In this document: positions 1 to 12,300 of the stretch, piece by piece
How positions within the stretch are numbered: position 1 is the first letter of the stretch
Layout: each line of letters begins with the position of its first letter
DNA from: Felis catus
Taxonomy: Eukaryota
Reading direction: 5' to 3'
DNA: 64,000 bases
NCBI RefSeq assembly: GCF_018350175.1
Contig: NC_058382.1
Coordinates: 57,662,001-57,726,000, forward strand
The notes under the pieces: generated by a model
The model's input: the letters and a program-made list of their open reading frames with translations, nothing else
Databases searched by the model: none
What the model was told of the DNA's origin: nothing
Program-made: the position numbers and the translations under genes

Positions 1-787
1 AATGAAGAAAATAAAACGCCGACGTGCCCCCAGGTAAACACAGCAGGCCAGCTGAGCTTGATTAAGAATTCTGGGAAGCCGGACACACACCGGAGTTGGC
101 TCCTTTTCGGATGGAGCCAGACCACGTCACTCTGGGGAACTTCTTAACCTTCCCTTCCGCTGACCCGGCCCGGTCTTGGGCAGCAGCACTGACTCAGAGA
201 GGTCCGGTTCTAAGGAGGTAGGGCCAGAAATTTCCCCGACTCCGTCATTTTGATGAATCTCAGAAACAGGTCACGGCAGGGGCGGGGGTGGGGGGGCTTG
301 CACAGCTGCAAGGGCTCCATCGGGTTGCCGCTGTTACTGAATAGCTGGCAGCCCGCCTCCCTTTGCCCTGGGGTCGTAATGAGCCCAGAGGGTGCGGCTA
401 GGGGTGCGGACTGTTGGACAGGTAGGTGTCCTTCTGCTGCAAGTTCCCGGGATGCCCTGTCCTGGCAGGTCGCCATCAGCCTACGTTGAACGGTGCCCTG
501 GGGGGGCGGGTTGGGGGGGGGAGCTCCCGGCTTGCACGTGCCACTCTGTCCTCCCTCTGCGGGACGCCCTGCCACCTGCCTCCCTTCGGTCCCTCTGGCC
601 CTTCCTCTCTCCCTTCTTGTTTTTTTCTCCTCTTCCCTCCCACTCATTTTTCTTTCATTTTCCTGTTTTGCACATCTCCCTCTAAAGCAACACATGCCCT
701 CTGTAAGCAATTTTTGTCAGGCATGGAACAGCGGGAAAGAAATGATTCCATAATCTCATTCACATGACCGTGTATTTCTTTTTGGCC

Positions 788-1124
788 TTTTTTTTTTTAA
801 TGTTTTATTTATTTTTGAGGGAGACGGAGAGACAGAGTATGAACAGGGGAGGGGCAGAGAGAGAAGGAGACGCAGAATCCGAATCAGGCTCCAGGCTCCG
901 AGCTGTCAGCCCAGAGCCGGACGTGGGGCTCGAAACCACAAACTGTGAGATCACGACCTGAGCCGAAGTCAGGGGAGGGGCAGAGAGAGAGGGAGACAGA
1001 ATCCGAAGCAGGCTCCGGGCTCCGAGCTGTCAGCACAGAGCCCGATGTGGGGCTCAAACTCGTGAACTGTGAGATCAGGACCCAAGCTGAAGTCAGACGC
1101 TTAACTGAGCCACCCAGGTGCCCC
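788..1124 (-). mobile_element. Composite (dimeric) feline CAN-SINE
   Basis: Poly-T tail, SINE body repeated twice, then head ...CCACCCAGGTGCCCC; one TSD TCTTTTT(G/A)GCCTTT at 777-790 and 1125-1138. Confidence 0.9.
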
Positions 1125-1176
1125 TCTTTTTAGCCTTTTTATGTTCCTTTTATATATTTAGGATTTCGGTATATAG

Positions 1177-1383
1177 TTTTTTTTTTAATTTATTTATTTT
1201 GAGAGAGAGAGAGGGAGAGTGAGCTAGTGGGGGAGGGACAGAGAAAGAGAGAGAGAGAGAATCCCAGTCCACACTGTCCATGCAGAGCCTGACTTGGGGC
1301 TCGAATTCATGAAGCACGAGATCGTGACCTCGAGCCGCAGTCAAAGGCAGGACACTTAACCGATTGGGCCACCCAAGTGCCCC
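1177..1383 (-). mobile_element. CAN-SINE
   Basis: Poly-T, (GA)n, CAN-SINE body and head in reverse orientation. Confidence 0.9.
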
Positions 1384-1695
1384 TGTGTATTTAGGATTAT
1401 ACCCCTGATATGATGTTGTTTTTCTCTACTTTTTGCTTAGTGTATTTCACAAGCTTTTCCCCGGGGCCACGGAAAACACCATCATGGTTCAGGGTGGTTC
1501 TGGGGATTTCACTGTGCATCTTTAATTTCCTGCAGCTGAGTTGAGGTTACTAGTGAATGACTCCAGGAACATGCAGGAACATTGCAACAGTACATTTCCA
1601 TTTATCTCCCCTGCCCCCCTCAACTTTGTGCCCTTGTGGTCCATATACACTGTAAACCCAGCAAGGCAGTATTACAGTATTTACTTTAAAAAAAG

Positions 1696-1908
1696 TTTTT
1701 TTTTTTTTATTATTCTTTATTTATTTTTGAGAGAGAGATCGTGAGCGGGGGAGGAACAGAGAGAGGGAGACCCAGAATCCGAAGCAGGCTCCATCCAGGC
1801 TCCGAGCTGTCAGCCCAGAGCCCGACGTGGGGCTCGAACTCACAGACCGCGAGATCGTGACCTGAGCCGAAGTCGGACGCTCAACCGACTGAGCCCCCCA
1901 GGCGCCCC
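1696..1908 (-). mobile_element. CAN-SINE
   Basis: Typical reverse-strand body GGCTCCGAGCTGTCAGCCCAGAGCCCGACG...CAGGCGCCCC. Confidence 0.9.
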
Positions 1909-2075
1909 TTCATCCCTTTGCTTTAACCTGTCTGGGGCTTTGTATCTCAAGTTGGTTTCTTGCAGACAGCACATCATGCCTTGCCTTTTCATACAATCTG
2001 ATAGCCTCTGCATTTCAATTGGATTGTTTAGACCATTTACGTTTAATGTAAATATTAGCATAGTTGAGGTCAAAC
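1909..2075 (-). mobile_element. Old L1 fragment, N-terminus of ORF2 endonuclease
   Basis: Minus-strand translation IFTLNVNGLNNPIEMQRLSDCMKRQ..CCLQETNLRYK..DRLK matches the L1 ORF2 start (TLNVNGLNxPIKRxRL...CCxQETHL). Confidence 0.88.
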
Positions 2076-3139
2076 CTGCCTTCTTGTTCTTTGTTTTCAG
2101 TTTGTCTCACATCTTTGATACTTTGTTCTCATTTTTCTTCTTTTGGATTAATTGCAGGGCTTGCCTGATTCCAATTTATTATTTGCTTACAGATATTTAC
2201 AAAGTTGAAAGTTCATTAGGGGATGTAGAGAAAGGAGAGGTTTTCCCTAAAATAATGAGACCAAATTCCAAGACGATTGGTTAAGGAAAAGGTCAGTATG
2301 ACAATGCATATTTGGATTTGCCCCTGGTTACCATTAGGAAACAGAATACACTTAACACCAGAAGCATTTTATTCCTTAAGCTCACAGTTGTGGTGTCGAT
2401 GGTTGGAATCCTCAAAGGAACAAAGTGGAGAGTCCTGGAAATTTGGGAGAAACTAGGTAATGGCACAGAAGCTCAGCCAACAGCAATGACGTGCTCACCT
2501 CTCTCCCCTTCCGTGTGGTTCTCCTTCCTTCCCTCATGCTAAGCCTCTGTCTCTCCGGAGCGATGTATTCCATGATCCAAAACTGCCCTGGCCAAAGGCT
2601 ATTTCTCTTAACTAGTGTTTTCCATTCTTACGTTGTGAAGTTCTTGGGGTGGCCTGTACATCTTTCTGACATACCAATTTTGGGGGAGCATTTTGGGCCC
2701 AACAATATGCCAGGTACCATACCCGGAGCTTTACCCGCATTAATTCATCTCCTTCTCCCAACAACACTCTGAGGTTCACATTGTTGTTAGCCCCACTTTG
2801 TGGGGCTCAGGCCCCTAAGAAAGCGGCTGGGCTTTAAGCCTGGGGTGTCCAGTGATCAGAACCCACGGTCTTAACCTCTAAGCTGTCCCAGAGAGGGCCC
2901 GTCCTGCTGGGATCTCCTAGCTCTGTCTTTCCTTCCTCTGGCTGACATGAGTAATACGTAATTTCACGAGGCCTTCTAAAAGGCCTTCCCCTTCAACTGT
3001 GGGCCCTGTGCTCGTGCTGAGGAGGCAGCGGGAGTGAGACGTGGTCTCTGCACCGCGTCCGGTGCGGCCTGGCTAGGGGACACCCGCCGGAGGCGAGCCC
3101 GCTAGTGCGTCGAGTGGGGCCACTAAGAGGATGTATCCA

Positions 3140-3532
3140 AGCGCCAATTCCCAGAACTGGTGAATGTGACCTTGCTTGGGCAGAGCGTCTGCAGATGTGA
3201 GGCCAGCAGCAGAGCTCTCAGGCCAAGATCGTCCTGGATCACCTGGGTGGGCCCCAGAACGCAGTGACGAGTGTCCTTGTAGGAAGAGAAGGCTACAACA
3301 GGACGGAGGCAGAGACGGGGGTGATGTGGCCACAGGGACACCTGGAGCCACCAGCAACTGGAAGAGGCAGGGAGGGTTCTCCCCTAGGTCCTTGGAGGGT
3401 GCGTGGCTCTGCTGACGCCTTGAGTTTGGACTTCGGGCCCCCGGAAGTGGGACAGAGGAAACCCCTGTTGTCTTGAGCGCCTCCCACCCTTGTTTGTGGG
3501 GACTTGTTCCGGCAGAGCCCCAGATTACTAAC
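3140..3532 (+). mobile_element. MaLR solo LTR (MLT1 family)
   Basis: GTGAATGTGACCTT...GCAGATGTGA...GGAGCCACCAGCAACTGGAAGAGGCAGGGAG...GCTGACGCCTTGAGTTTGGACTTC resembles MLT1C/D consensus. Confidence 0.8.
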
Positions 3533-4289
3533 CTTGGCTCCTGTGCCTCAGAGATGGGTCTGGGGTCCTGGGGGTGGGCCGTCCCCCCATCAAAACCGCA
3601 AGGACCCCAACCTCCACCCCCATTAGCATCTCAGGCAGGGGAGAGCTGAGGGAGACCCAGCGGCGGGAGGCTCTCCCCGCACCGCCCCACCCGCCCGTTA
3701 CAGAAGGTACACACATCTCTGAGCGAGCGGCTGCCCCGTCCACGCACCTGAGAGGTGTGTGGAGCTTGGTGGCTCGGGGAGACACCGAGGATGCCCTGGG
3801 CTCTCTGCCCGCGGCCCGGTCGGGGCTCCTGCAGGCGCGTCCAGGCTCCCCAGATGGTGGCAGGGCGTCTGCTGCCCACCGGGACCCTGCAGGCACTCCA
3901 GGGCACGGGGGGTGCCGTGACGGCCACGAGGGCCAAAGCGCCCCCCCCCCCCCGAGTGGCTCACAGGAACCTCCCAGACCACGCAGAGGCTGAGACTGGG
4001 GGGACTGGGCTTGCATCTGGAAAGTGTTACTCGATCGCTGGAAAAATCATAAGGGCAAACCCGGGGCCCTTCTGGTAAAGGGGCGCCTCTCGGAGCCGGA
4101 TGACTCCGGGCCAGGCCGGTGCTGTGTGGTCCGCAAGCTGCCCAGCCTGCACAGCCCTCCGCCTGGAAGCCGCTCTGCGCTGTGCTGCTCCGTGGGGCTT
4201 TCCCACCGACGGGCGGTGCAGGGGCCCCTGGCCCAGCTCTGCAGCCCCCGTGCCCCGTTGGCAGACGTAGCCGATCGTGGGTCTGTGTC

Positions 4290-5104
4290 CGTGTCCTGTA
4301 ACGAGTTCTGCAGGTCACAAGTCCAGGATGGGCCTCGCGGGGCCCAAGTCAAGGTGTGGGCAGGGCTGGCTGTGCTCCTTCCAGAGGCTCCAGGGAGAGT
4401 CCGCTTCCTGGCCTTCACTAACTTCCGGAGGCAGCCCCCCCCGCCCCCAACGTCCCTTGGCTTGTGGCCCCTCCTCCGCCGACAGTGCATATCGCTCCCA
4501 CCTCTGCTGCAATCACGACGTCACCTCCTCTCTGATCTCTGACTCCCCTGCTTCCCCACCTGGTCACCTTGGACCCATGGGGTAGTGCAGGATAATCTCG
4601 TCACTTCAAGATCCTTAATCACATAGGCAAAGTCCCTTTTACGGTGTGTGGTGGAACAGAGCCCCCCCCCCCCCAATGTGACCTTGTTAGGAAACAGGGT
4701 CTGCGAGGTGTGAAAATGGGACCAAGCCGAGGTCGTAGTGGGTCAGGATGGGCCCTGATCCAGGCAGGCACCGGCGTCTTCGGAAGGGAAGGGAAGTCTG
4801 GACCAGGGCGCACAGGGAACACGGCCGCCTGAAGATGCAAACAGAGACCGGGGCCTGAGGAGACAACGCCAGCAACTGTCCACGGCCAGCGGGAGCTGAG
4901 AAAGGAGCACGCTGACACCTTGATTCCGGACTTCTGGCTTCCAGAGCTGGGAGAGCACGAGTTTCTGTTGCTCTGTTGTCCCCGCCCCACCTTTGTGGCT
5001 CTTTGTCACAACAGCCCCAGAAGGCGGCATCCTGTGGCCTAATATTCACGGGGGCCAGGGAGCAGGAAGGGACCTCCTCGGGGGCCATTATTCAGCCAAC
5101 CACA
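4290..5104 (-). mobile_element. MLT1 LTR (minus) interrupted by a second, plus-strand MLT1 LTR at about 4646-5030
   Basis: Outer element breaks after CTTAATCACATAGGCAAAGTCCCTTTT and resumes at AATATTCACGGG...GGGCCATTATTCAGCCAACCACA; the inner segment reads as a forward MLT1. Confidence 0.72.
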
Positions 5105-5654
5105 GAACCTCAGAGGTGAGGAGGAGCACCCGTGTGGGGGGTGGGCCGCAGGCTGGAGGTTCTGGGGCTCACAGCCTCAGCTGTGCACGCATGCGGGATG
5201 AGCAGCCCCTCTGGGCCTCGGGTCCTTCAAGGGAGAAGGGAGAAAACAGCACATGCCCTGCAGTATGTGTGTGGACTGCACAACAGACTGCAAGGGCCGT
5301 ATTGTAAGTAAGCTCTTAGTCCAAGAGGACTGAGTGGGCACCTGAGCGTCAGGCGGGGGCTCGGGGCTGGAGGCCAGCTGGGCCCTCAGGGGGAAGGAAC
5401 AGTTGGTTCCCTGTCGTCTGATGACAAAGCAGGGGTTGAGTCAAGGTCAGTTCAAGTTTCCAGCTCAAAGGTGTGGAGAAGCAGGGAGGTGGGACCGCAG
5501 CCTTGCATGGCTCTGCTTGGGCTCTGTGACAATGTGCCAGACTGGGGCGGGGGGAAGGGGGCTCCGGGGGGCTTCAACAAGAGAAATTGGTTTCACACCA
5601 GTCGTGGGGATGACCTTGTTTTATCTTAATTACCTTTTTTAAAGAAGGCTTTCT

Positions 5655-5969
5655 TATTTATCTTTTTTAATGTTTATTTTTGAGAGAGAGAGACAGAGGG
5701 CAAGTGGGGGGAGGGGCAGAGGGAGAGGGAGACACAGATCCGGAAGCAGGCTCCAGGCTCTGAGCTGTCAGCACAGAGCCCGACGCGGGGCTCGAACGCA
5801 CGGACCGTGAGATCCAGACCCCAGCCCGAGTCGGACACTTAACCGACGGGGCCCCCCAGGCGCCCCTAAGATTTTCCTTTTTAAGTAACCTACACTCCAT
5901 GTGGGGCCCCAACTCACAACCCCAAGATCAAGAATCACACGTCCGCTGGCTGAGCCAGCTGGGCGCCCC
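5655..5969 (-). mobile_element. Two adjacent CAN-SINEs (full copy about 5655-5866, short older copy about 5880-5969)
   Basis: Two SINE heads ending CAGGCGCCCC and GGGCGCCCC. Confidence 0.85.
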
Positions 5970-6004
5970 TCCTTAATGACCTTTTTAAAGCCCTATCTCC
6001 CTGT

Positions 6005-6185
6005 GCCGTGTGGGTGGCTCACTTGGCTAAGCGTCCGGCTCTTGATTTTAGCTCAGATCATGATCTCAAAGCTGTGGGATCAAGCCCCTTCCTCTGAGCG
6101 TGGAGCCTGCTTGGGATTTTCTGTCTCTCTCTGCCCCTCTTCCGCTTGTTCCCCCTTTCACTCAAATAAACGTTAAGAAAGAAAA
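6005..6185 (+). mobile_element. CAN-SINE, forward, diverged
   Basis: GGGTGGCTCACTTGGCTAAGCGTCCGGCTCTTGATTTTAGCTCAG...CAAATAAACGTTAAGAAAGAAAA. Confidence 0.85.
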
Positions 6186-7189
6186 ACCTGTCTCCAAATA
6201 CAGTGCCCTTCTCAGGTCCTGGGGGCTGGGACGTCAACATGTGAATTTGCAGGGGTGGGGGTGCTATATCAGAAGCATGGAATATTCCCCGGGATTTTTT
6301 ACTGGAGCCTTGGCTGTTTGGGGGGGAAACGGATGGCCTTCCGAAGGATCTCTCCTTGACAACGGTGGTCACGCCACGACGTGCTCTCTTCGCGTTCGCT
6401 GCGCGATAAAGCATCCCAAACTGTAGGGGCTTCAAACAACGGCACCGTGTCATTCTCACGTTCTGTAGGGTGGCAGTCTGGCCCTTCCGTGGTCTCGCTG
6501 GGCTCGCGCGAGCAGCTTGAGTAGGGCGGGGGGGCCAAGGTCACTCGTTCGAATGGTGCTGGCTGACAGCTCAGCCCCCTGATCTGCCTCCGTGTGGCCG
6601 CTCCACCTCCAGGAAGCTGGACCGTGCTCCTCCACAGCTGTCCCCGGTCTGAGAGCGCGAGAGCAGAGGCTGCACAGCCCTTCGGTCCCAAGCTTGGAAC
6701 GGGTACCCCTCATTTCACCACGGCCTGTTGGCCAACGTGAATCACGTGGCCAGCCCACGCGCAAGAGAAATCCTCGCCACCTCTGGATGCTCCAAGGGGC
6801 AGGGTCACGCAAGGGACAGGACACGGGGACGCAGGGTTCCCTGGGAGCCATCGTCATAACGATCTCTCAGCGACTTACACGGGCAGTTCTCTTCTGAAGG
6901 GACATCTTCACCTTCCGCCTGGGTTGAGAGCAAGACCTGATGAGCGCCAGACCCCTGTTACGGAACTGAGGACCGTGATCCCGAATACCTGCCCCCAGGA
7001 CGAGGTCGTTCTTACGCTTGTCCCCGGGTCGAAGCACCTGCTGGGACTTGGCACGTCTGCGGGTCCCGGCCTGCCGCCCGCTGTTGGTTCCTCCCCCCCA
7101 GGGCGGCTTGGGCTTCCTGACAGCAATGGTGGGGGGCTTCCGCGAGGGGCACGCGTCGCTTCTGCCACATTCTTGGTCATGTAGTCCAG

Positions 7190-7520
7190 AGTCGAGGGAG
7201 GAGGTTTCCTTCCCAAACTCACGTCTACCCGGAACCGCAGAACGTGGCCATATTTGGAAGAAGGATCTTGGCAGGTGCCGTAAGATGAGATGCCATCAGA
7301 GTTGCCGTGGCTCTAATCGTACGTGGCTGGTGTCCCTCGAAGAAGACAAGATCCGAACAGAACAGAAACCGGGGGAGGCAGGAATCCCCCGCCTTCAGGC
7401 TCCAGAGGGAATACGGTCCTGCCGACACCTGGGTTTCAGACGCGGGGTTCTGGGCGAGGACAAATCCTGGCGCTTACACTCCCCCCCCCCCCCCCCGTCC
7501 GTGGTCATCCGTCACCAGAT
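7190..7520 (+). mobile_element. MLT1 LTR
   Basis: CAGAACGTGGCCATATTTGGA...TAAGATGAG...GGCTGGTGTCCC...CCTGCCGACACCTGGGTTTCAGAC motif order. Confidence 0.7.
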
Positions 7521-10500
7521 GTACTCACGCACCCTGCTTTTCAAACGTTGACCACAGACTTATTTGACTGTTTTCTGGGGTGGGGTGGTGAGGGGGGTCA
7601 TGCTTGGCAGGCACAGCGTTTATAGGAACGGGAGTGTGGACAACTTGGAGAACGAAGATAGAAGGGTTGATACTGTGGATTCTCAACCGTTACTAGCTCA
7701 TTCCCGGCCATGGCACCGTAACGTGTGCTATTCGTATTCCCATCTACAGGTGAGGAGACGGGGGGACAGAGACGTCAAGGCAGGCTTGATGGGGCTTGGA
7801 TTCAAGGCCCCAGGGGGCATCTGGAAGCTCGGGCCGTGAGGAGGTGTGCGAGGGCCCCTCCCCAGCAGGGGGCGTGGTGCTGCCCTCAGGGGCCCAGCTC
7901 CCAGAAGGACCCAGCACAGGCCCTGGGGGACCCGGGAGATGAGCAGCATCCGGAGGCTTGGCTTCCTCCCAGGCTGACAGAAAGGTTTAGAATCTTCCGG
8001 AAACACCACACCCTGGGCGTGACCCTCCGGGCCAAGCCTCCCTGGAAAAGCCTGATCGTGACCCAGGGAGAAAGCAATCACCGTGGCAGCCTTCACCAAA
8101 AGAGCCGGGTTTCCTGAAGAGTTTCCAGTCATGGTCGTGGCGTCCTTTGGCCTTGATGCCTGGAGATCGGAGAGGGAGGGCGCGGAAACCCCGACGGTGG
8201 CGGGAACCCAGGCATGTCTCGGACGCTGGCGTGGGCTGACCACGATTAACGTCAAAGCAGGATGAGCAGGGGGCCTCGTGAAACTACAAAGTGGGGTCCC
8301 CCCTTTCGGAAGGATTGAAGACTCCTCGGGGGCCACCCCCACCAGCCTGGCCATCGGGCCCGTCCCCCCAGCCCGTGGTGCCTGCCGTCGTGGTTGTGTT
8401 GCCTGGGTGTCACTCGACTGACCAGGGTGGACGTCCGCTCCCAAACAGGGCCAGTTAGATTCTGTCTCCGGGATTCACGACTGGGAGGTGCCTGGGCCCA
8501 GCCTGACCCGTCCGTGGAAGTAGGGGTGTGTGGCCGTGCTGGTGTGGTGGTCACGTCCACGGGAGGTGGAGGAGGCCTGGCCGCAGAGGGAGGGCGGAAG
8601 GGCCCCCAAATCGGGGCTGTGAGAAACGCACACGAGGCATCGTCACCTTCCAGGACCGACTCTGGTTCTTTGAGGGTCTTGTCTGTCCTGGGGTTCCACA
8701 CCAAGCTGCCGCCCTCCCAGAAGCCCCTTCTCTGCCTCCGCTGACTTGCGCGCGTTTCCGTTACAACCTCACTCCGTCAGGACCTTGCCCCAGGTCTCCC
8801 CACCGGCGGGGCCTGCACGGCCCCCAGAGAGTTGCCTGCCAACAGCAACTTGTCCTCTGTTAGCAAGCCAAGCAAACCCACCCCTGAGGTCCCAGAGGAC
8901 CACACGATTGTCACCATCGTCGCTCATGACCCTCTGGTTCCTCTTTCAAAGCCATGCCCATCGCAAAATGGCACCCCCTCCACGTCTCCTCGTCGCAAAT
9001 GGTCAGCGGCCTTTCATGCCAGTTGAGGCGCAGTGAGGCTCGATTCTGCAGCTGCTCAACGGGTGTGGCAGGAACAGACCAGAAGCTGGAAGTCCCCTGG
9101 GCTCTTGATGTCCAGCCCAAGAGTTTCTGATGAAAACAGCTGGTGCAGAAGATGTTGGTGTGAGTCCAGACCCACCAGCCCTGTGGCGACCACGTCGAGA
9201 TAGGAAGGAAAGACCAGGCCTCTGCTCCGAATGGTGGAACCTTCGGGACCATCTGGTGCGACCCACTGTTCCGCACTTGTGTGTCCGGCCCTCTGAGCAG
9301 CCCACCTGGGCCCTGAGAGCAAGTGGGCAGAGGGAGGGACCTTCTGGATTTCGGGACAGGCTTGCATACATGCTCCGTCTTCAGGCTATGCTCCATTATA
9401 GCCCGAAAGACGTTCCTCTGTCTCAAATGCTCCATGACTTGACTCCTGCCGGGCTAGCAAAAAGGATCCTTGGCTGGGAGTCCAAGGAGAGAAGTGGCCA
9501 GTCCCTTCCCACGAGGGCTCGGGTACATCTTGGCCCTTTCCCATTCAGGGCCTCTCAGGAACCCACATTCCCCATGACACATCATCTGATTCAAATTCGC
9601 ATATTACTTTGTGGAAATTAGATTCTGAGATTGCACAATGGTGGAAAACTGTTCACCAAAATCACAATTCTCGGTCTCTTGTTTTACTTGGTTGGCTCTG
9701 ATAGCAACGATACTAACTACTTCCTGCTACGGGCCAGATCCGGTTCTAATTATTTTCCCTTAATTAACTTATACCTTGAAACGATTTAACGTTTTAAAGG
9801 CCGCCCACAGGGAGAAGGATGCCATCGTCGTCACCCTCACTTTACAGACGGGGACCTGAGGACAGGCCAGCAGCTGGAAAGCGGAGGCGTTGGGATTGGG
9901 ACCCAGCCTGACCGGTTCCAAACGATGGCGCCAACCAGCGAGTTACGGACTCAGTCTGTCCCCCGGGAGGCAGTTGTCGCCCAGAGAGTTCTAGTGGGTT
10001 CAGCAAAGACACACAGCTGTGCATGGTGGGGTCAGGATTGACACTCATCCATGGAGGTGGAAATATGGTGCCCGTTCCACTGGACCACTTAGCTTAGTCC
10101 CCTAAGAAGAATGGATTCTCTTCTGTTGAGGGTCTGCTCGGGGCCAGGCCATGTGTTGTCACGTATCTCGTCTGCAAACGCTTTGATCTCCGGCTGTTGA
10201 GACGTGTGACTGACATCCTGTCTCCTTGACCCTCGGCAAGCTCTGTGATTCGACTGAGAGTATGGCAGAAGTGACAGCTGAGGGGACGACAACGTGAGTC
10301 CAAACCCCAGTTCCTCCCCTCGGGAGCAGTATGGCCTCTGTGCCTTTCCTGACGACAGCGACACCAGCCTTGGAGAATTGTTGGGGGTCGGGGGAGGCCC
10401 GGTGCCTGAGAAGCATCTCTTCTGCTTGGGGTTTGTCCTTTGTCAAACGGGGCACATGTTCTGGACCTGTCTGCGCACCACTGAGTACCCCACGGTGTTT

Positions 10501-11339
10501 GGAACAGAACCTGGCACACAGTAGGTGCTTGCTTAGTCAGTATTAGGTGAACGTTGAGCTGGCATGATGCTGCAAAAGTGAGAAACGTGAAGGAAACAAA
10601 CGAAGGTAACAGGAGGCCTGTGCCGCTCTTTGTTTGCTTCTGAGCTGCACCAAAACCCTGGGCAAGCGTTGCGGATTTCTGAATCTGTGCCTCACGTGCC
10701 CTGCCAGTCATCGAAGGGCCTTCCCTCGTCCCTGCCCCACTCGCTCTCCATCATTGTACCCCCATATGCTCTGACCTTTCCGCGTGCCCCTGACGCGGGA
10801 GATCCCAGAGGGGCCTGTCCGCCCTGCTGGTGCTTCGGAGCACAGGGGCTGGTGCAGAGTGCTGGACTCCTGGCGGTCTTTGTGCAGGGACGGGCACCAT
10901 GAGGACAGGCTCTTCCTGCCCTGGTCCGCACACAGTCGGTCCACCCCCTCCTCTAGTCCCTTAGCCCCTCTAGCCTTGGTTTCTTCACCTGCTGGCCAGG
11001 GCCTTGGATTTTTGTGTTTCAAAGGCAGTTTCTCCTGGCTCTAAATTGACCAGGTAGTTACCTGCACCGGTTAAGGACGCTAAATGCCTGCGGGCATAAT
11101 GTAGCTAGACCAAGCCTACTGCTGTCCAGCAGCGGGACTCCGGGCACTCTCTTCTCCAGGCCTCAGCTGTCTGATCTGTGAAACGGGACCACTTCCACCA
11201 CACCACTGGATTCCTGTGAACAGTGTTCTGGGATCGTGAAGGTCAAGTGCCCAGTCTGGACCATCGCTTAACTGCCCCCATCCGGGACCATCTCTTGAGG
11301 CTTCCTTCCTTTCTTTATCTGCACGCTGGGAATGTGCTT

Positions 11340-11395
11340 GTGTACGTGTGTGTGCCTGTGGCCGTGTGTGTGCGTGTGTGTGTCTGTGCGTGTGA
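11340..11395. repeat. Imperfect (TG)n microsatellite upstream of the promoter
   Basis: GTGTACGTGTGTGTGCCTGTGGCCGTGTGTGTGCGTGTGTGTGTCTGTGCGTGTG. Confidence 0.85.
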
Positions 11396-11599
11396 TGAGT
11401 GGAGTTTTCTACCACCGTGTGGAGGATGGGAGTAAATTCAGCAAATGTGTATTCTGTGCCACAGTTTACGGAGCCCACACCCTTCCCGGTTTTATTTGCT
11501 GCAAACCCGGGAGGTCACTTCCCTGTTCCCATTTTCCACTTGAACCACAGGGAGATGGGATTTGGTAAGTTTGCAAACTCCTGGTGGAAAGTGCTTGGC

Positions 11600-12300
11600 G
11601 CCTCGCCGGGTGCATAGTAAGCGCTCAGTGGAAACGGTACTTTCATGGTCGCAGTGAAGAAACTGCGCGCGTCCGCGTCCTGTCCTCCTCCAGCCAAGAT
11701 CTCTGGTCGCCTGCTCCGGGGGCCCCCCACCCCGCCCGCCCGGATCGGCGCCTGCGGCTCTCTCCGGGAGGGACGGGCGGGGCCGGGGCGGGGCCTCGGC
11801 TCCACGGCCCTATCAGCGCCGCTGGCCGCCGGGGGGGCGTGGCGCGAGGAGCCTACAAGAGGCGGTGCGCGGGGGCCCTGCGTCCACCACATCCCTCCGC
11901 TGCCCCCGGTGCGCGGCCTCTGCGACCAGCCCGCCGTGCCCGCCGTGTCCGCGCTGCTGCCGCTGCACGACACGGGAGACGCCGGTGATTGGGGAGCCCT
12001 GCGGAGGTAAGTGTGACTTCGCTTCCTCTCCTCTCCAAGCTGCCATCCGTTCCCGCCATCTCCGAGGAGGTGAAGGGGCCCCGGGCAGACCCCGTCTCTT
12101 GGGGCTCACTCTGCGCAGGCACTGTGCTGGGCGCGCTGCCTGCGGCTCGGAACCCGGCTCGGCCGGCCGAGTGGCCTTTCACAGGTGGAGAAACTGAGGC
12201 TCAGCGGGGACAAGACGTTTGCCCCAGACCTCGCAGCCAGGAGGCGAGGGAGTCGGGACTCAAAGCCGGTCTGACGGTCTGACCGCATATTCGTGCTCCG
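11600..12300 (+). promoter_or_regulatory. CRISPLD2: CpG-island promoter of CRISPLD2 with tandem GC boxes
   Basis: Very CpG-dense. GGGCGGGGCCGGGGCGGGG (two Sp1-type boxes) near 11775-11793; weak TATA-like CTACAAGA near 11853; immediately upstream of a strong splice donor at 12007. Confidence 0.8.
11880..12006 (+). other. CRISPLD2: Exon 1, non-coding 5'UTR (5' end approximate)
   Basis: Ends GCGGAG|GTAAGT (consensus donor) and has no ATG. The junction CCCTGCGGAG|AGCTC with exon 2 resembles the human 5'UTR as I recall it. Confidence 0.8.

Noticed and set aside
1840..2073. 77-aa ORF as an endonuclease gene
   Set aside because: A decayed L1 ORF2 fragment running into a SINE; no intact element.
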